Assembly (NCBI GenBank): GCA_051294375.1
Contig: CM119266.1
Location: forward strand, 8,995,166 to 9,059,165
Direction of reading: 5' to 3'
Length of the DNA: 64,000 bases
Source: Paraspadella gotoi
Lineage: Eukaryota; Animalia; Chaetognatha
Positions 12,712-26,563 of the stretch are shown in pieces. The number at the start of each line of letters is the position of its first letter. Position 1 is the first letter of the stretch. Below the pieces are notes generated by a model that was not told the DNA's origin, did not search any database, and saw only the letters and a program-made list of their open reading frames with translations. The position numbers were made by a program, and so were the translations under genes.

Positions 12712-13020
12712 TTTAGTTGAGCCGCTAGCAATCGCGTAGCAACTTTTTCATGAAATTGGTACAACCAATATAAAAATTATCCATTCATTTAATAAATAAG
12801 CAATCTTGCCCCTGACTTTGGACAGACAAAAAAAAAAAGACTTTGGTGGTTTAAGGTCTCCATCACTCTTACAAGATAATGACATCGCAGGTCCCTGCAA
12901 GCTTTTCATACGTCGGTCGGGGTGTTCGTACGTTTTAAACGCCTATTCATCTGATAACACTGTAATAATGAATCTTCTACGTGCTACGATTCTGACGTAC
13001 TCAATTAATTATTTTCTTTT
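12712..13020 (+). mobile_element. Diverged HINE-like element interrupted by a ~155-bp dispersed repeat
   Basis: tttagttgagccgctagcaatcgcgtagcaact resembles the 5' end of the 48320 element (ttagttgcgccgcgagtactcgcggagcaact). It resumes with cgtcggtcgg after an insert at 12750-12906. Confidence 0.5.
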
Positions 13021-13974
13021 GTGTTTAGTGTTTAGTGCGAGTAGTCGTCGTTGTTATCGTGGGCATCGATACTGCCGCGCTGACGGCAATGTTGTCATTA
13101 TTTTCGATGCTGTCGCTTTTAAAAAGACGCACGGTACTACAATAATCTCCCGCTCATTAGTGCGAGTAAATCAATCCTAGAGTAATGAAGTCATGAATAA
13201 AGTAATAAAAAAAAGGCGATGGAAAAATAAAGAGAGGTTTTTTTTATTTTCTTTTATCTTTCTTTTTTTTTTCGTACATTCACCTCCATCTTTTTTCTTC
13301 CTCTTTAAAACCCATTAGCCACTTGTTTCCAAAGCCATTTGTTTACCTCTTTTCTCCGATTAGCGAAGTCCTCACCATTTTTCTCGGCGTCTTCTCTCCG
13401 CCAGAGTCCGCCGCCGATCGCCGTTGCTCTTTTTTTTTCGATTTCTCTTCACAGTGAATGACGGAATGATTAATCGAAAAATATTTAATTTAATATAAAT
13501 ATTTTTCTCTGGGCTGGGGCAAGGATATAAAATCATTTTGATATCGCTGAAATATTCTAAAAATCGCGGTTTAACTCATCAAAACTGCAAGATTATTCTA
13601 AATCTAATTTAATTTTCCGAACGAATTTTAGGCAAAGTTACTAAAACTAGTCGAAGCTTTTCAGAGTCAGTTATCAGTCTTTGGTCTTAAGTTTTATTAA
13701 AATATTAAGAACTATTGTGGTTAACCGGTCGTTAATTAGCCTAAGAGTCTTTTTACATTTTAAATCATTAATTCCGAAATGCAGGTGCGTCGGCGGACGA
13801 TTTGAAAAAAAGAACCGAGAAAATAACGATTATAAAACGCGGAACGATTTTATTCCTTTGTTCAAAATCAAAATGGAATATTACAACGAAGGAAAACATT
13901 CACGACCAATCAGGGTCAGCCGATTCCGTTAGCTCTCGAATTCGATTCCATTGTATCGTGTACGCAGAATGACG

Positions 13975-14170
13975 TTGTTGTTTCTGGCGTTGTTGTCGTT
14001 GCCACCGTCTTTGTCGTCGTTGTCACCGTCTTTGTTGTCGTTGTCACCGTCTTCGCTGTCGTTGTCACCGTCCTTGTTGTCGTTGTCGCCGTCCATGTTG
14101 TCGTTGTCACCGTCCTTGTTGTCGTTGTCACCGTCCATGTTGTCGTTGTCACCGTCTTTGTCATCGTCGA
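13975..14170. repeat. 21-bp minisatellite (ttgtcgttgtcaccgtcYWtg), ~9 copies
   Basis: Visible heptapeptide periodicity (DGDNDNK / TVTTTTR) in the ORF track. Confidence 0.9.
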
Positions 14171-14881
14171 CATTATCGAAGATCATCGGGAATCGAATGA
14201 ATCCGCGCGAAATAAAAACGCGAGAAATGTTTCGCTCCGATAAACATTTTCTTTTTCTTTTTAACGGAAATCGATTTTCTTTCTTTCTTTTATTTCTTGA
14301 TTCGAAGAATAAAAGTGAAGGAGAAAAAGTGAAGAGGTTTAGTTTTTATGTTGACGCCGTAAGGGGGTCAACCAACGGTAGATTACTGTCTCTCTCTCTC
14401 TTTCTCTTTTTCTCTCTTTCTCTCTTTCTTTATTTTTTTCTATATTTATTTCTTTCTTTCTCTCTTTTTCTTTCTTTATTTCTTTCTCTCTCTGCTCCCT
14501 CTCACTCTCCTTGATCGAGTACCGCCTACATTTACGAACTTCCTTCGTCTATAAATAAAAAAATATTTAGGAACTCACTCTCCCCCTTTCCATCTCAAAC
14601 TCACCCTCTCTTTTTTCCCCTCACCCAAGGGCCACCCCCTCCCCTGTGTTTCGCCAATATCTCGCCAACGCGAAATCTATTCCCAAAAAATCAGAAACCA
14701 AAAAAAAAAAAGAAAATAAGCGAAAAAATAAATGAATAAAACCCCAAAAAACTCACACAGCTTACGAGATATTTTTTTTTCTCTTTCTTTTAAAATCGGC
14801 CTTGAGACGGAGGCGTCCTCGAGTGGGCGGATCCACTCCGAAAAGCCCTTCACACAAATTATGTTCTTCTCATCTTTTTCA

Positions 14882-14916
<35 letters not shown>

Positions 14917-15844
14917 TTCATTGTTGAAGATCCACTTGACCCAAACTTTAACGCCTCCTTCATTTCAGTCTTAATGCTTTTTCACTCGGTCGTCGAAAAC
15001 AACGAGCGCCATCTTGCTCGGCTGCCTCATCTCACCGTTTCTAAACTTACCCTACCGTGTACCACGATTCGATTCCTTGCCCTACTTATTTCTCTCACTT
15101 GGTTCTGTGAGGTAGAAAGTGACCACTGATCAATTTCGGGGTTTCTCTCTCATTTTGTCTCTTTCTCTCTTTTTCTCCCTCTGTCACTCTCCTTCCCCTA
15201 TCTCTCTCCCTCTCTCTCTCTCTTTCTCTCTCTCTCTCTACCAATTAAGCTCCGTCTCTCTTCGTTGCCTTGCGAGGGAAGAACGCCAATAATTCCTTGA
15301 CGTTATGAGAATTCGCATTTCGTTGTTGAAACCAAATCGATTTGGATAAGAGATGAACCAAAAATTTATCATTAATGATCTAAAATTAATCATCACGAAT
15401 ACTAATTAGAATAATTTGAATATTAAAAAAAATTCTGATTAAATGATATTATTCTCATAAATAATACCAAATAAATTTGCATTAACAATTTCAGTTATTT
15501 TTTTCATTTCGCCACGAACATGATCCAGAAAATTCTCAAATATTTTCGAATGCGCACTGCACACTTTTCATGCTATGCGGCGACTTAAAAAAAAAACATA
15601 TCATATTTCTCCACTATTTCGAAATCGACAGCGACCAATGACAACGACGACGTAGACGACGACGACGACAACGACGACGAAGACGGCGACGATGACAACG
15701 ACGATGAAAACGACGATGAACGCTTTTTCTTTGTTTACTTTTCTAATAATAAAAAAAGGGAATCTTTAAGAAAATGTCAAAGGAGGCAGCGACATCCCCA
15801 GGCGGCATTTAGCATCGCGACGCCATTGCTTCAGTTGCGGTCTG

Positions 15845-15885
<41 letters not shown>

Positions 15886-15904
15886 AGAGAATGAGAGAGA
15901 GAGA

Positions 15905-15937
<33 letters not shown>

Positions 15938-16316
15938 GAGTGAGAGTGAGAGAGAGGGAGAGGGAGAGGAGGGAGAGAGAGAAAGAAAGACCGCCAGACA
16001 GACCAACAGAGATAGAGGGATACAAAAAGAGGAGACGGAGACGAAGACAGAGATAGAGAGAGAGAGACATTCATATTAATGTGGTCGAACGAAATGTTTT
16101 CAGACGTGATTTTATCATTTCAGCGTCGCCCTCTTCCGATCGCTGCGACCTCCCCCCCAAAGTGGAGGGAGGGACGCAGAGGGTGTGATGAGAAAATTGG
16201 ACCCAGACCGGTTTAATATCGAGTTGTGGACAAATTAGAAACTTGGAATCCTATTTATATCGCAAAGCATATGTCTGATACTGTACAAAATATACAATGC
16301 CATCACCAAAATTATA

Positions 16317-16750
16317 AAATTGGTACAACCAATATAAAATTATCCATTCATTTAATAAATAAGCTATCTTGCCCGCGACTTTGGACAGGCTTTGGTGGTT
16401 TAAGGCCTCCATCACTCTTACAAGATAATGACATAGCAGGTCCCTGCAAGCTTTCAATCAAGACTCTCTCACAGTCTTGTTTATTCACTCCCAGAGTACC
16501 TGGTCTTCCCTATCAATGAAGTGGAAAATATTTCAAAGAATGTTTCAATTGTATGAGAAGCCACTCCCTTAAGTATTAGATCGGGAATACTTATTGTACT
16601 CCGCACTGCATCCAAATACAAGGAGCTGAATTTTATGAAATTGGTACAACCAATATAAAAATTATCCATTCATTTAATAAATAAGCTATCTTGCCCTGAC
16701 TTTGGACAGGCTTTGGTGGTTTAAGGCCTCCATCACTCTTACAAGATAAT
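16317..16750. repeat. Dispersed ~140-bp repeat in an A-B-A' arrangement (16317-16455 and 16635-16750); third copy at 12750-12906
   Basis: aaattggtacaaccaatataaaaattatccattcatttaataaataag..gactttggacaggctttggtggtttaaggcctccatcactcttacaagataat is near-identical in all copies. Confidence 0.85.
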
Positions 16751-17084
16751 ATTATGTATGAAAAAGGAAGAACAGATTGAGATGAAAATATAGTATCTCT
16801 TTTCTCTCCCTCTCTCACCTCTCTCTCTCTCTTCCTCTCTCTCTCTCTCCCTCCCTCCCTCCTCCCTCCTCCTCCCCCTCTCCATCTCCCTTTCCCCCCA
16901 AGTTCTTAAACTTTAAAACTAACCCCATAATTTGAGACAAAGCTGAGCTCATAAAGAGACTCATTGCCTCTTCGTGCAATTTTTAACTCTTGAAATAAAC
17001 TCGCCTCTCGTCGGCAAAAAAACCTTTACTCTTTCTTCCTTGAAATTTCCCTTAAGTGTCCGGACACATGCAAACACGATCACG

Positions 17085-17179
<95 letters not shown>

Positions 17180-18083
17180 CCTCCTCCGCTCTGTTATTCC
17201 ATCGTTTCTCCTTTCTTCGCTCCGCCTCCCCTTTCCCTCTTTCAATTAAAGGGAGGGTTTTCTAAAGCGGAAATTAAAAAAACAAAACAGCATACATCCG
17301 TCCGTCCATTCATCCATCTATACATCCATCAATCTATTGATTCATCATCAATCCACCCAGACCGTGAGATAAGCCTTCGACCTGACATTCGGAATATTTC
17401 TTTAGTCTTTCTGCCTCCTTTTCTTTCTTTCTGTTTCGTTAGTCTTAAACTATAAGAATACAATATACAAATAACTACAAGTAACTACTATATAATTTTG
17501 TAATTTCGTTCTTTTATTCTATCGCCAGGCATACCAAAACCCTCACAGTCCTTACCTCTTCCTCCCGCTTCTCAAATTGACTTACCTCCCCTCCTTATCG
17601 TGCTCCTCCACTCACCTCCCCCCCACCGACCGCCTCATGAAAAGGATTATGACCATCATGAGCCGAAGGAAGGATTTCATTTTTTTTTTTTTAATAACAA
17701 AAATAACAACACAGAGTTTCAATCACTTTGAAGCGAGCGTTCCGGGGAAATGGAGGGACAGAAGGGTAGTACGGTGAAAAGGATGGGGCCAGATATTTTT
17801 AGATCGATTTTCGGAACGTTCCTTCATTTTTCAGTTTGTTTCTTGCTCGAGAACTTGACAAGTTTTCCCGTCTGTCCGTCTGTCAGTCCGTCGAGTCTTC
17901 GGCACAAAAAAAAAATCTTCTGCAATAGTAACGCCGTTCACCCCCCCCCCCCCCCCCCCAAAAAAAAGTGATTTTCTCTCTCCGACTTGAAGAGGCGTTT
18001 CGAATTTTAAAAAAACTTGACGTAAGCGGATGTATAAAGACAGCGACGCCCAAAAACTTTCACGTCGCCTTGCAACCGTCTTT

Positions 18084-18372
18084 TTAGTTACCGCGCGAAG
18101 TGCTCGCGGAGCAATTCTATAAGTCACTTTTCGCGTCCGTCGGTCCGTCGATATGTCTGTCCGTTAAAAATGCATATAATTTGACTATGATCTAAGGTAC
18201 TGCTAGCGCCGACTTCAGGAATTCCTAAAACTATAAGGTATAAAAGACGAAATTTCGATGCAGAGCATGTCAAAAATACACGAGCAAAGATTCGTTAATC
18301 ATGTCATATTTGATCATGAATATAAAGTCACCGCGGCGCAACGCATTATGAATTACCCTTCTTTTTTTTAGT
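18084..18372 (+). mobile_element. Helentron-associated / DINE-1-like non-autonomous element (HINE)
   Basis: T-run, 5' subterminal repeat with short palindrome (agttaccgcgcgaagtgctcgcggagcaa), GTCC/GTCG microsatellite, inverted 3' partner (cgcggcgcaac), T-run. Redundant copies at ~25110, ~31455 and ~35800. Confidence 0.65.
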
Positions 18373-18683
18373 TTTTCAGAATCTTTTCTTTTCTTTTTTT
18401 TTTGGAAAGAATTTTTCTGGTTTCTCGAAAGGGACGACCTTTAGTAAAGGCTTTACCGGTTTTTGCTCTGAGAGAAAAAAAAAATCTCTCGAAATTGAAT
18501 TTCTGGTGTTTTTTAGTCTTAGGGGAAATGGGGGGAGTGGGGGCGGAAGATGAAAGTGAAGTCGGAGAGAGAAAATATCAAAGCGAAACTCAAAGTCTTT
18601 CTATCTTTATTTTTTTACCTTCTTTCTTTATTTTTTGTCTCTCGCTTCTTTCTCTTTCTTATTTCTTTCTTCTTTCTTTCTTT

Positions 18684-18715
<32 letters not shown>

Positions 18716-19034
18716 TTTTTCTCTGCCTATTTTCTTTTCTTTTTTTCTATCTTTTTTCTTCCTATAATTGCGATATTGTGGACGTAATGAATATAATACA
18801 TATAATCGACAATAGCCATCATGCTTTCTCTGGCTCTAGAATTACAATCCCGCTATACCGCTTCGCTCTACTGCCCCTCCACCTATTGACTCCTTTCAAC
18901 CCAAACTCCAGACAAAATATCCTCAATCATTCGCCCACGCGTCTCCATTATTCCCGAAATGACCTGCGGTCTGTATTGACGCATCGAAAGCACCTTCCCT
19001 TCCCTCTCCTTCTCTTCTCTCTCATCTCTCTCTC

Positions 19035-19077
<43 letters not shown>

Positions 19078-19474
19078 CGATCTTGTCATTTTAGGCTTTT
19101 CGGTCGGATGCTTCCTCTACTCCTTACTTTTCTCTCGGTACCTTCTCTTCCTTTCCTTCTCTTTTTTATTTCTTCTTTTTTTAGTTCGTTTTCATTTCTT
19201 TTACTTTTTTCGTCCTTATTTTCTCTCTTTTCTTTTTTTTTTGTCTTTCTCCTTCATTGGACTAAGTCGTGTTGACTCCTTTTCCTTGATCACTGTCTCA
19301 CCTCTTTCTCCTCCTCCTCCTCTTCCTCTTCCTCCTCTCATTTTCTTACATTTGCCTTGCAGTTTAACTCTACTCCCTTCACACCCCTTAAGCCCTTCCC
19401 GCCATACATTTATCTCTTTCTCTTTAACTTCCTTTACATCATTCCAGGCCTTACTTCTTTTCCGCCCACCCCCC

Positions 19475-19528
<54 letters not shown>

Positions 19529-20409
19529 TGCTCATCTCTCTCTGCTCTCTCTCACGTGCTCTTTTCTCTCTTCCTTCACATTAATAGAAGAAACGCTTAA
19601 AGAGCGAATTTCTTTTCCTAAGAATTTTAAAACGAAGAACGTTAAAGAGGAATTATTACACACAACAGCAGCTTGAGGGTGGACATCCCTTTCCTCACCA
19701 AACGATTGATAACGGAGGATGATATACTTATCGGATCTCCCTCTCTCAATCCCCCAATCCCCCAGTGCGATAATCCCGATCCCCGATCTCCCAAATCATT
19801 CCTTCTCACCTTGTCATTTAAATCTTCACCTTTTAAGGATCGAAATTTCATCGTCACTTCCCCACGCCCCTCTCCGCGCCACATTCAAGCCACGACCCGC
19901 GTCATGACCCGCGGCCACTCCAAAGGCCACACTCCACGCCACTCCTGTCCCACAGTGCGATTATTTGTAACAGACGTAATTTGCCCCTCTCCCCCTTGCC
20001 CTACTCTTTTTAACACTCTCCAGTCTTCATTGCTACTCCTCACGCCACAGTTCCACGCCACTCTCCGCCCCAATATTCACACACAACCGCTTCACTACCA
20101 CTTCTGACGCCCACTCCAAAAGCCGCTCTCATCCACTCCCGATGCATACTTCAAGCCACTTCTTCACGACAGTCTCAGCCTCATTCCCCACGCCACTTCC
20201 ACCCCCCCAACCACTCTCCCACTCCCACCCCCTATTTTACCGCCCCCTCCATTGCCTCCACCCCTATACCCTACCTAATCTCCACCCGTACCACCCTTTT
20301 CACCACCCTCTTGTCTCCCCCTTCACCATGAGAATTTCTCTTCTTTCTTCTTCCATAAAATTCTCTCTTCGATCGAATCGCGTTTCTCCAACAAATTTAT
20401 TCCCTCGAC

Positions 20410-20750
20410 TCTACTTCCGGCTTGAAGGAGGCGCCGCAGCCCGCCGCAGTCCGCCGCAGGCCCGCCGCAGCCCCGCCGCCGGTTAAGCCGTCCTACGCGC
20501 GAAATTCGGGCGCCGGGTCTGATCGGCGGCGTCTGGAATGGCACCGGCGTCAACCTAGAGAGAGAGAGGATGAGAGTAGGGAGAGAGAGAGAGAGAGAGC
20601 AGAGAGAGAGAGAGAGAGAGGAAGAGAGAGAGAGAGAGACGCCACCGTGAGGTAAATTCGGGGCGCCGCGCTCGAGTTTAAGATAGGCGATGGAGCGGCG
20701 CGCATGAGAAGCTGGCGCCGTGTAGAGAGTTATTCGAACGACGCGGTTTC
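20410..20750. other. CpG-rich island with (ccgccgcag)x4 repeat
   Basis: Sharp GC/CpG peak in an AT-rich background; repeated at ~27450 and ~43220. Function unknown. Confidence 0.5.
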
Positions 20751-20756
20751 TTGAGA

Positions 20757-20798
<42 letters not shown>

Positions 20799-21311
20799 GA
20801 GAGAGAGAGAGACGAGAGAGAGAGAGAGAGAGAGGGGGGGGGAGGAAGAGAAGAGGAAGCGAATATTTGAGATTTTAGTGTTGAGCTTTCCTTATGTTTT
20901 TGTTTAGTCGTTTCGTGTCACATGTTCTGTTTCTTTCTCAATAGGCCAAAATTAATTAAAATTACTGGTGCATCCAACGTATTCATTAATCGATAATAAA
21001 TATTCGAAATATTCGCCGGAAAAATAATAATAATTGAAAATCCTGAGAATCTTGATGAGGATTCCACTGTATTCGCTGATGTGGATTAATAATCTCATGA
21101 ATCTGGATGCGTCAACCTTATAATTATGATTTAATTCATTTCAAAACTTTGCATTTTTCTCTCTTCAATTTCACGCGCGGCGGCTTCATCGCGAAGCGCC
21201 TTTCGTTACCATATCACGAAAATGCTTAGTGACGCCGAGAGAGAGAGAGAGATAGAGAGAGAGAGGAGAGAGAGGAGATGAGAGAGAGAGAGAAGAGAAG
21301 ACGAGAGAGAA

Positions 21312-21346
<35 letters not shown>

Positions 21347-23058
21347 TGGGTCTAAAGATCGAAAGCACAAAAGCCTTTCGTCCAAATCTGTGACCACAAT
21401 TTTCCTCTTCGGCTAAAAATTAGAAATTTTAGCCTCTACATTTCGACGTCGTCGTCGTCGTCGTCCGTCGTCGTTCCGTCGCTCCACGAAGACTTGAGTC
21501 TTTGTTCGACTGTAATTTGATTTTAATACTTAACAAATTAAAAATACGCTTTTTAATGGAATAATCGGTATTAATATAATATTAGTCGTAATCGAATAAA
21601 CCTAATTAAATTTAAGAAAAAATATTTCTCATTCGTTTATGTCATTTTTCATTTTATTATACTTTTCTAATTTTTTTTTCTTTTAAACATTTTTGTAACC
21701 TTTATTTTCAATTCTAATCCGTGGTTTTGATGTCAACTTAGACATTTGTCGTCGTCGTGTTTGGTTTCGTCGCGTCGTCGTGTGGTCGTCGTTCGTTGTC
21801 GTCGTCGTTGTTTGTTGTTGTCGTGCGTCGTCGTCCTTCCCTTCTTCCTCGTCCCTTCTCCTTTAATAAAATAGAAATTAGGATAACTCGCAGTTTGTTT
21901 TTTTTTTAATCAATATTCGATTTGAATTAAAATTCCATGAGGATTTCCAGATTAAACTCAGAACTAGAAGCCTTGTCCTTTTTTCTTCTTTTCCTCGAGG
22001 AAATTAAAAAAGAAAAGAAAAAATATATATTTTTGAGAGGGAAAAAAACTAAATCGAGGAGAAAAAGAGGAAAAACAAAGGTTTTGCATTAATTTTGTTT
22101 ATTTTTGTTTGTCGAAATTAAATATTTCATTATTCATAGGAAGCGGAGGTAAAATATATTCTAAAAATAGAGTTTTCTGTTGTTTGTTTTATCGTATAAA
22201 AAAAAAACATTGACATTAATCAACTAAAACTGAAAGTTTCTTACAATTTGCACCAGTTTACAAGTAACCTTAAATATTTCAAGCGTTCGTTTCAAAAAAA
22301 ATAAATAGTTATAAACTCATATTAAATGAATAGCATAAATATACAATTTGATAGTATAACTCAGAGATTAATTCATAAACGTTCTTCCATCTTTTCCTAT
22401 TTGTTCTTATTTTCGTTGAACTCTCACGAGTCACGTCTTATTACAGCCTCTCTATATTTCTCTCTCCTGTTCTGACAGCAATAAATCGAGCCTCAGATCT
22501 TTCTTGCGGGTTTCTTGGTTTTTTCAATTTTTTAGTCAATTTTTTTCTTTATTTTTTTTTTTTTTAACATCTTTTTGTGAATATACCGGGTTTCATTTTC
22601 TTTGTTTCTTTATAAAGGTCTTGTTTTATTTTCTTTCTTCTGAGTAAATCTCCGTTTTAACTGCCTGGGTTGCTTATTTTTTAACGGTTTTTATTACTTT
22701 TTTATCTATTTACGGAATTATAGTGTGTTCTTTTACTGCCCCGGGTTCGTATTTTTTTACAACGCGTTTCTTTTTTATTTTACATTTTTGAGGAGAATAA
22801 CGTTTTGCTCGTTTGTATTTTTGTTTTTTTTTTTTAAAGGTTTTTATTTTCTTTTTACATTGGAGCATACCAACGTTATTCTTTTTTTCTTTTTGGTGGT
22901 GAACTTTTTTTCGCCGAGTAGGGTCGTTTGGTCGGGTTGTCGTTTGTCGTCCGTCTGAATGTCGGTCGTCGGTCCTCGTGCCAACAAGTCGTGTTCTTTT
23001 GGCGGCCTTTTTGGCGCTACACAGAAAAGGGAGATCTTATTGTCTCCTTCTTCGTCGT

Positions 23059-23083
23059 NNNNNNNNNNNNNNNNNNNNNNNNN
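23059..23083. other. 25-N gap marker (also 30081-30105, 36278-36302, 41482-41506, 49286-49310, 60499-60523)
   Basis: All six runs are exactly 25 N and sit between redundant sequences, typical of over-filled gaps from long-read gap closing (PBJelly-style). Confidence 0.85.
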
Positions 23084-24110
23084 GAGAGAGAGAGACATTC
23101 ATATTAATGTGGTCGAACGAAATGTTTTCAGACGTGATTTATCATTTCAGCGTCGCCCTCTTCCGATCGCTGCGACCTCCCCCCCAAAGTGGAGGGAGGG
23201 ACGCAGAGGGTGATGAGAAAATTGGACCCAGACCGGTTTAATATCGAGTTGTGGACAAATTAGAAACTTGGAATCCTATTTATATCGCAAAGCATATGTC
23301 TGATACTGTACAAAATATACAATGCCATCACCAAAATTATAAAATTGGTACAACCAATATAAAAATTATCCATTCATTTAATAAATAAGCTATCTTGCCC
23401 GCGACTTTGGACAGGCTTTGGTGGTTTAAGGCCTCCATCACTCTTACAAGATAATGACATAGCAGGTCCCTGCAAGCTTTCAATCAAGACTCTCTCACAG
23501 TCTTGTTTATTCACTCCCAGAGTACCTGGTCTTCCCTATCAATGAAGTGGAAAATATTTCAAAGAATGTTTCAATTGTATGAGAAGCCACTCCCTTAAGT
23601 ATTAGATCGGGAATACTTATTGTACTCCGCACTGCATCCAAATACAAGGAGCTGAATTTTATGAAATTGGTACAACCAATATAAAAATTATCCATTCATT
23701 TAATAAATAAGCTATCTTGCCCTGACTTTGGACAGGCTTTGGTGGTTTAAGGCCTCCATCACTCTTACAAGATAATATTATGTATGAAAAAGGAAGAACA
23801 GATTGAGATGAAAATATAGTATCTCTTTTCTCTCCCTCTCTCACCTCTCTCTCTCTCTTCCTCTCTCTCTCTCTCCCTCCCTCCCTCCTCCCTCCTCCTC
23901 CCCCTCTCCATCTCCCTTTCCCCCCAAGTTCTTAAACTTTAAAACTAACCCCATAATTTGAGACAAAGCTGAGCTCATAAAGAGACTCATTGCCTCTTCG
24001 TGCAATTTTTAACTCTTGAAATAAACTCGCCTCTCGTCGGCAAAAAAACCTTTACTCTTTCTTCCTTGAAATTTCCCTTAAGTGTCCGGACACATGCAAA
24101 CACGATCACG

Positions 24111-24205
<95 letters not shown>

Positions 24206-25709
24206 CCTCCTCCGCTCTGTTATTCCATCGTTTCTCCTTTCTTCGCTCCGCCTCCCCTTTCCCTCTTTCAATTAAAGGGAGGGTTTTCTAAAGCGGAAAT
24301 TAAAAAAACAAAACAGCATACATCCGTCCGTCCATTCATCCATCTATACATCCATCAATCTATTGATTCATCATCAATCCACCCAGACCGTGAGATAAGC
24401 CTTCGACCTGACATTCGGAATATTTCTTTAGTCTTTCTGCCTCCTTTTCTTTCTTTCTGTTTCGTTAGTCTTAAACTATAAGAATACAATATACAAATAA
24501 CTACAAGTAACTACTATATAATTTTGTAATTTCGTTCTTTTATTCTATCGCCAGGCATACCAAAACCCTCACAGTCCTTACCTCTTCCTCCCGCTTCTCA
24601 AATTGACTTACCTCCCCTCCTTATCGTGCTCCTCCACTCACCTCCCCCCCACCGACCGCCTCATGAAAAGGATTATGACCATCATGAGCCGAAGGAAGGA
24701 TTTCATTTTTTTTTTTTTAATAACAAAAATAACAACACAGAGTTTCAATCACTTTGAAGCGAGCGTTCCGGGGAAATGGAGGGACAGAAGGGATAGTACG
24801 GTGAAAAGGATGGGGCCAGATATTTTTAGATCGATTTTCGGAACGTTCCTTCATTTTTCAGTTTGTTTCTTGCTCGAGAACTTGACAAGTTTTCCCGTCT
24901 GTCCGTCTGTCAGTCCGTCGAGTCTTCGGCACAAAAAAAAAATCTTCTGCAATAGTAACGCCGTTCACCCCCCCCCCCCCCCCCCCAAAAAAAAGTGATT
25001 TTCTCTCTCCGACTTGAAGAGGCGTTTCGAATTTTAAAAAAACTTGACGTAAGCGGATGTATAAAGACAGCGACGCCCAAAAACTTTCACGTCGCCTTGC
25101 AACCGTCTTTTTAGTTACCGCGCGAAGTGCTCGCGGAGCAATTCTATAAGTCACTTTTCGCGTCCGTCGGTCCGTCGATATGTCTGTCCGTTAAAAATGC
25201 ATATAATTTGACTATGATCTAAGGTACTGCTAGCGCCGACTTCAGGAATTCCTAAAACTATAAGGTATAAAAGACGAAATTTCGATGCAGAGCATGTCAA
25301 AAATACACGAGCAAAGATTCGTTAATCATGTCATATTTGATCATGAATATAAAGTCACCGCGGCGCAACGCATTATGAATTACCCTTCTTTTTTTTAGTT
25401 TTTCAGAATCTTTTCTTTTCTTTTTTTTTTGGAAAGAATTTTTCTGGTTTCTCGAAAGGGACGACCTTTAGTAAAGGCTTTACCGGTTTTTGCTCTGAGA
25501 GAAAAAAAAAATCTCTCGAAATTGAATTTCTGGTGTTTTTTAGTCTTAGGGGAAATGGGGGGAGTGGGGGCGGAAGATGAAAGTGAAGTCGGAGAGAGAA
25601 AATATCAAAGCGAAACTCAAAGTCTTTCTATCTTTATTTTTTTACCTTCTTTCTTTATTTTTTGTCTCTCCTTCTTTCTCTTTCTTATTTCTTTCTTCTT
25701 TCTTTCTTT

Positions 25710-25741
<32 letters not shown>

Positions 25742-26506
25742 TTTTTCTCTGCCTATTTTCTTTTCTTTTTTTCTATCTTTTTTTCTTCCTATAATTGCGA
25801 TATTGTGGACGTAATTGAATATAATACATATAATCCGACAATAGCCATCATGCTTTCTCTGGCTCCTAGAATTACAATCCCGCTATACCGCTTCGCTCTA
25901 CTGCCCGCTCCACCTATTGACTCCTTTCAACCCAAACTCCAGACAAAATATGCCTCAATCATCGCCCACGAGTCTCCATTATTCCCGAAATGACCTGCGT
26001 CTGTGATTGACGCATCGAAGCACCTCCTTCTCTCTCCTTTCTTCTCTCTCATCTCTGCTCTCTTCTCTCTCTCTCTCTCTCTCTCTTCTCCTCTCTCTCT
26101 CTCTCATTCGATCTTGTCATTTAGGCTTTTCCGGTCGGATGCTTCCTCTACTTCCTTACTTTTCTCTCGGTACCTTCTCTTCCTTTCCTTTCTCTTTTTT
26201 ATTTCTTCTTTTTTAGTTTCGTTTTTCATTTCTTTTACTTTTTTCGTCCTTATTTTCTCTCTTTTCTTTTTTTTTTGTCTTTCTCCTTCATTGGACTAAG
26301 TCGGTTGACTCCTTTTTCCTGATCACTGTCTCACCTCTTTCTCCTCCTCCTCCTCTTCCTCTTCCTCCTCATCATTTTCTTAACCATTTGCCTTGCAGTT
26401 TAACTCTACTCCCTTCCACCCCCTTTAAGCCCTTCCCGCCATACATTTATCTCTTTCTCTTTAACTTCCTTTACATCATTCCAGCCTTACTTCTTTTCCC
26501 CCACCC

Positions 26507-26563
<57 letters not shown>

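Noticed and set aside
13916-14186. Asp/Asn-rich or Thr-rich repeat protein
   Set aside because: A 21-bp minisatellite open in multiple frames, with no supporting gene structure.
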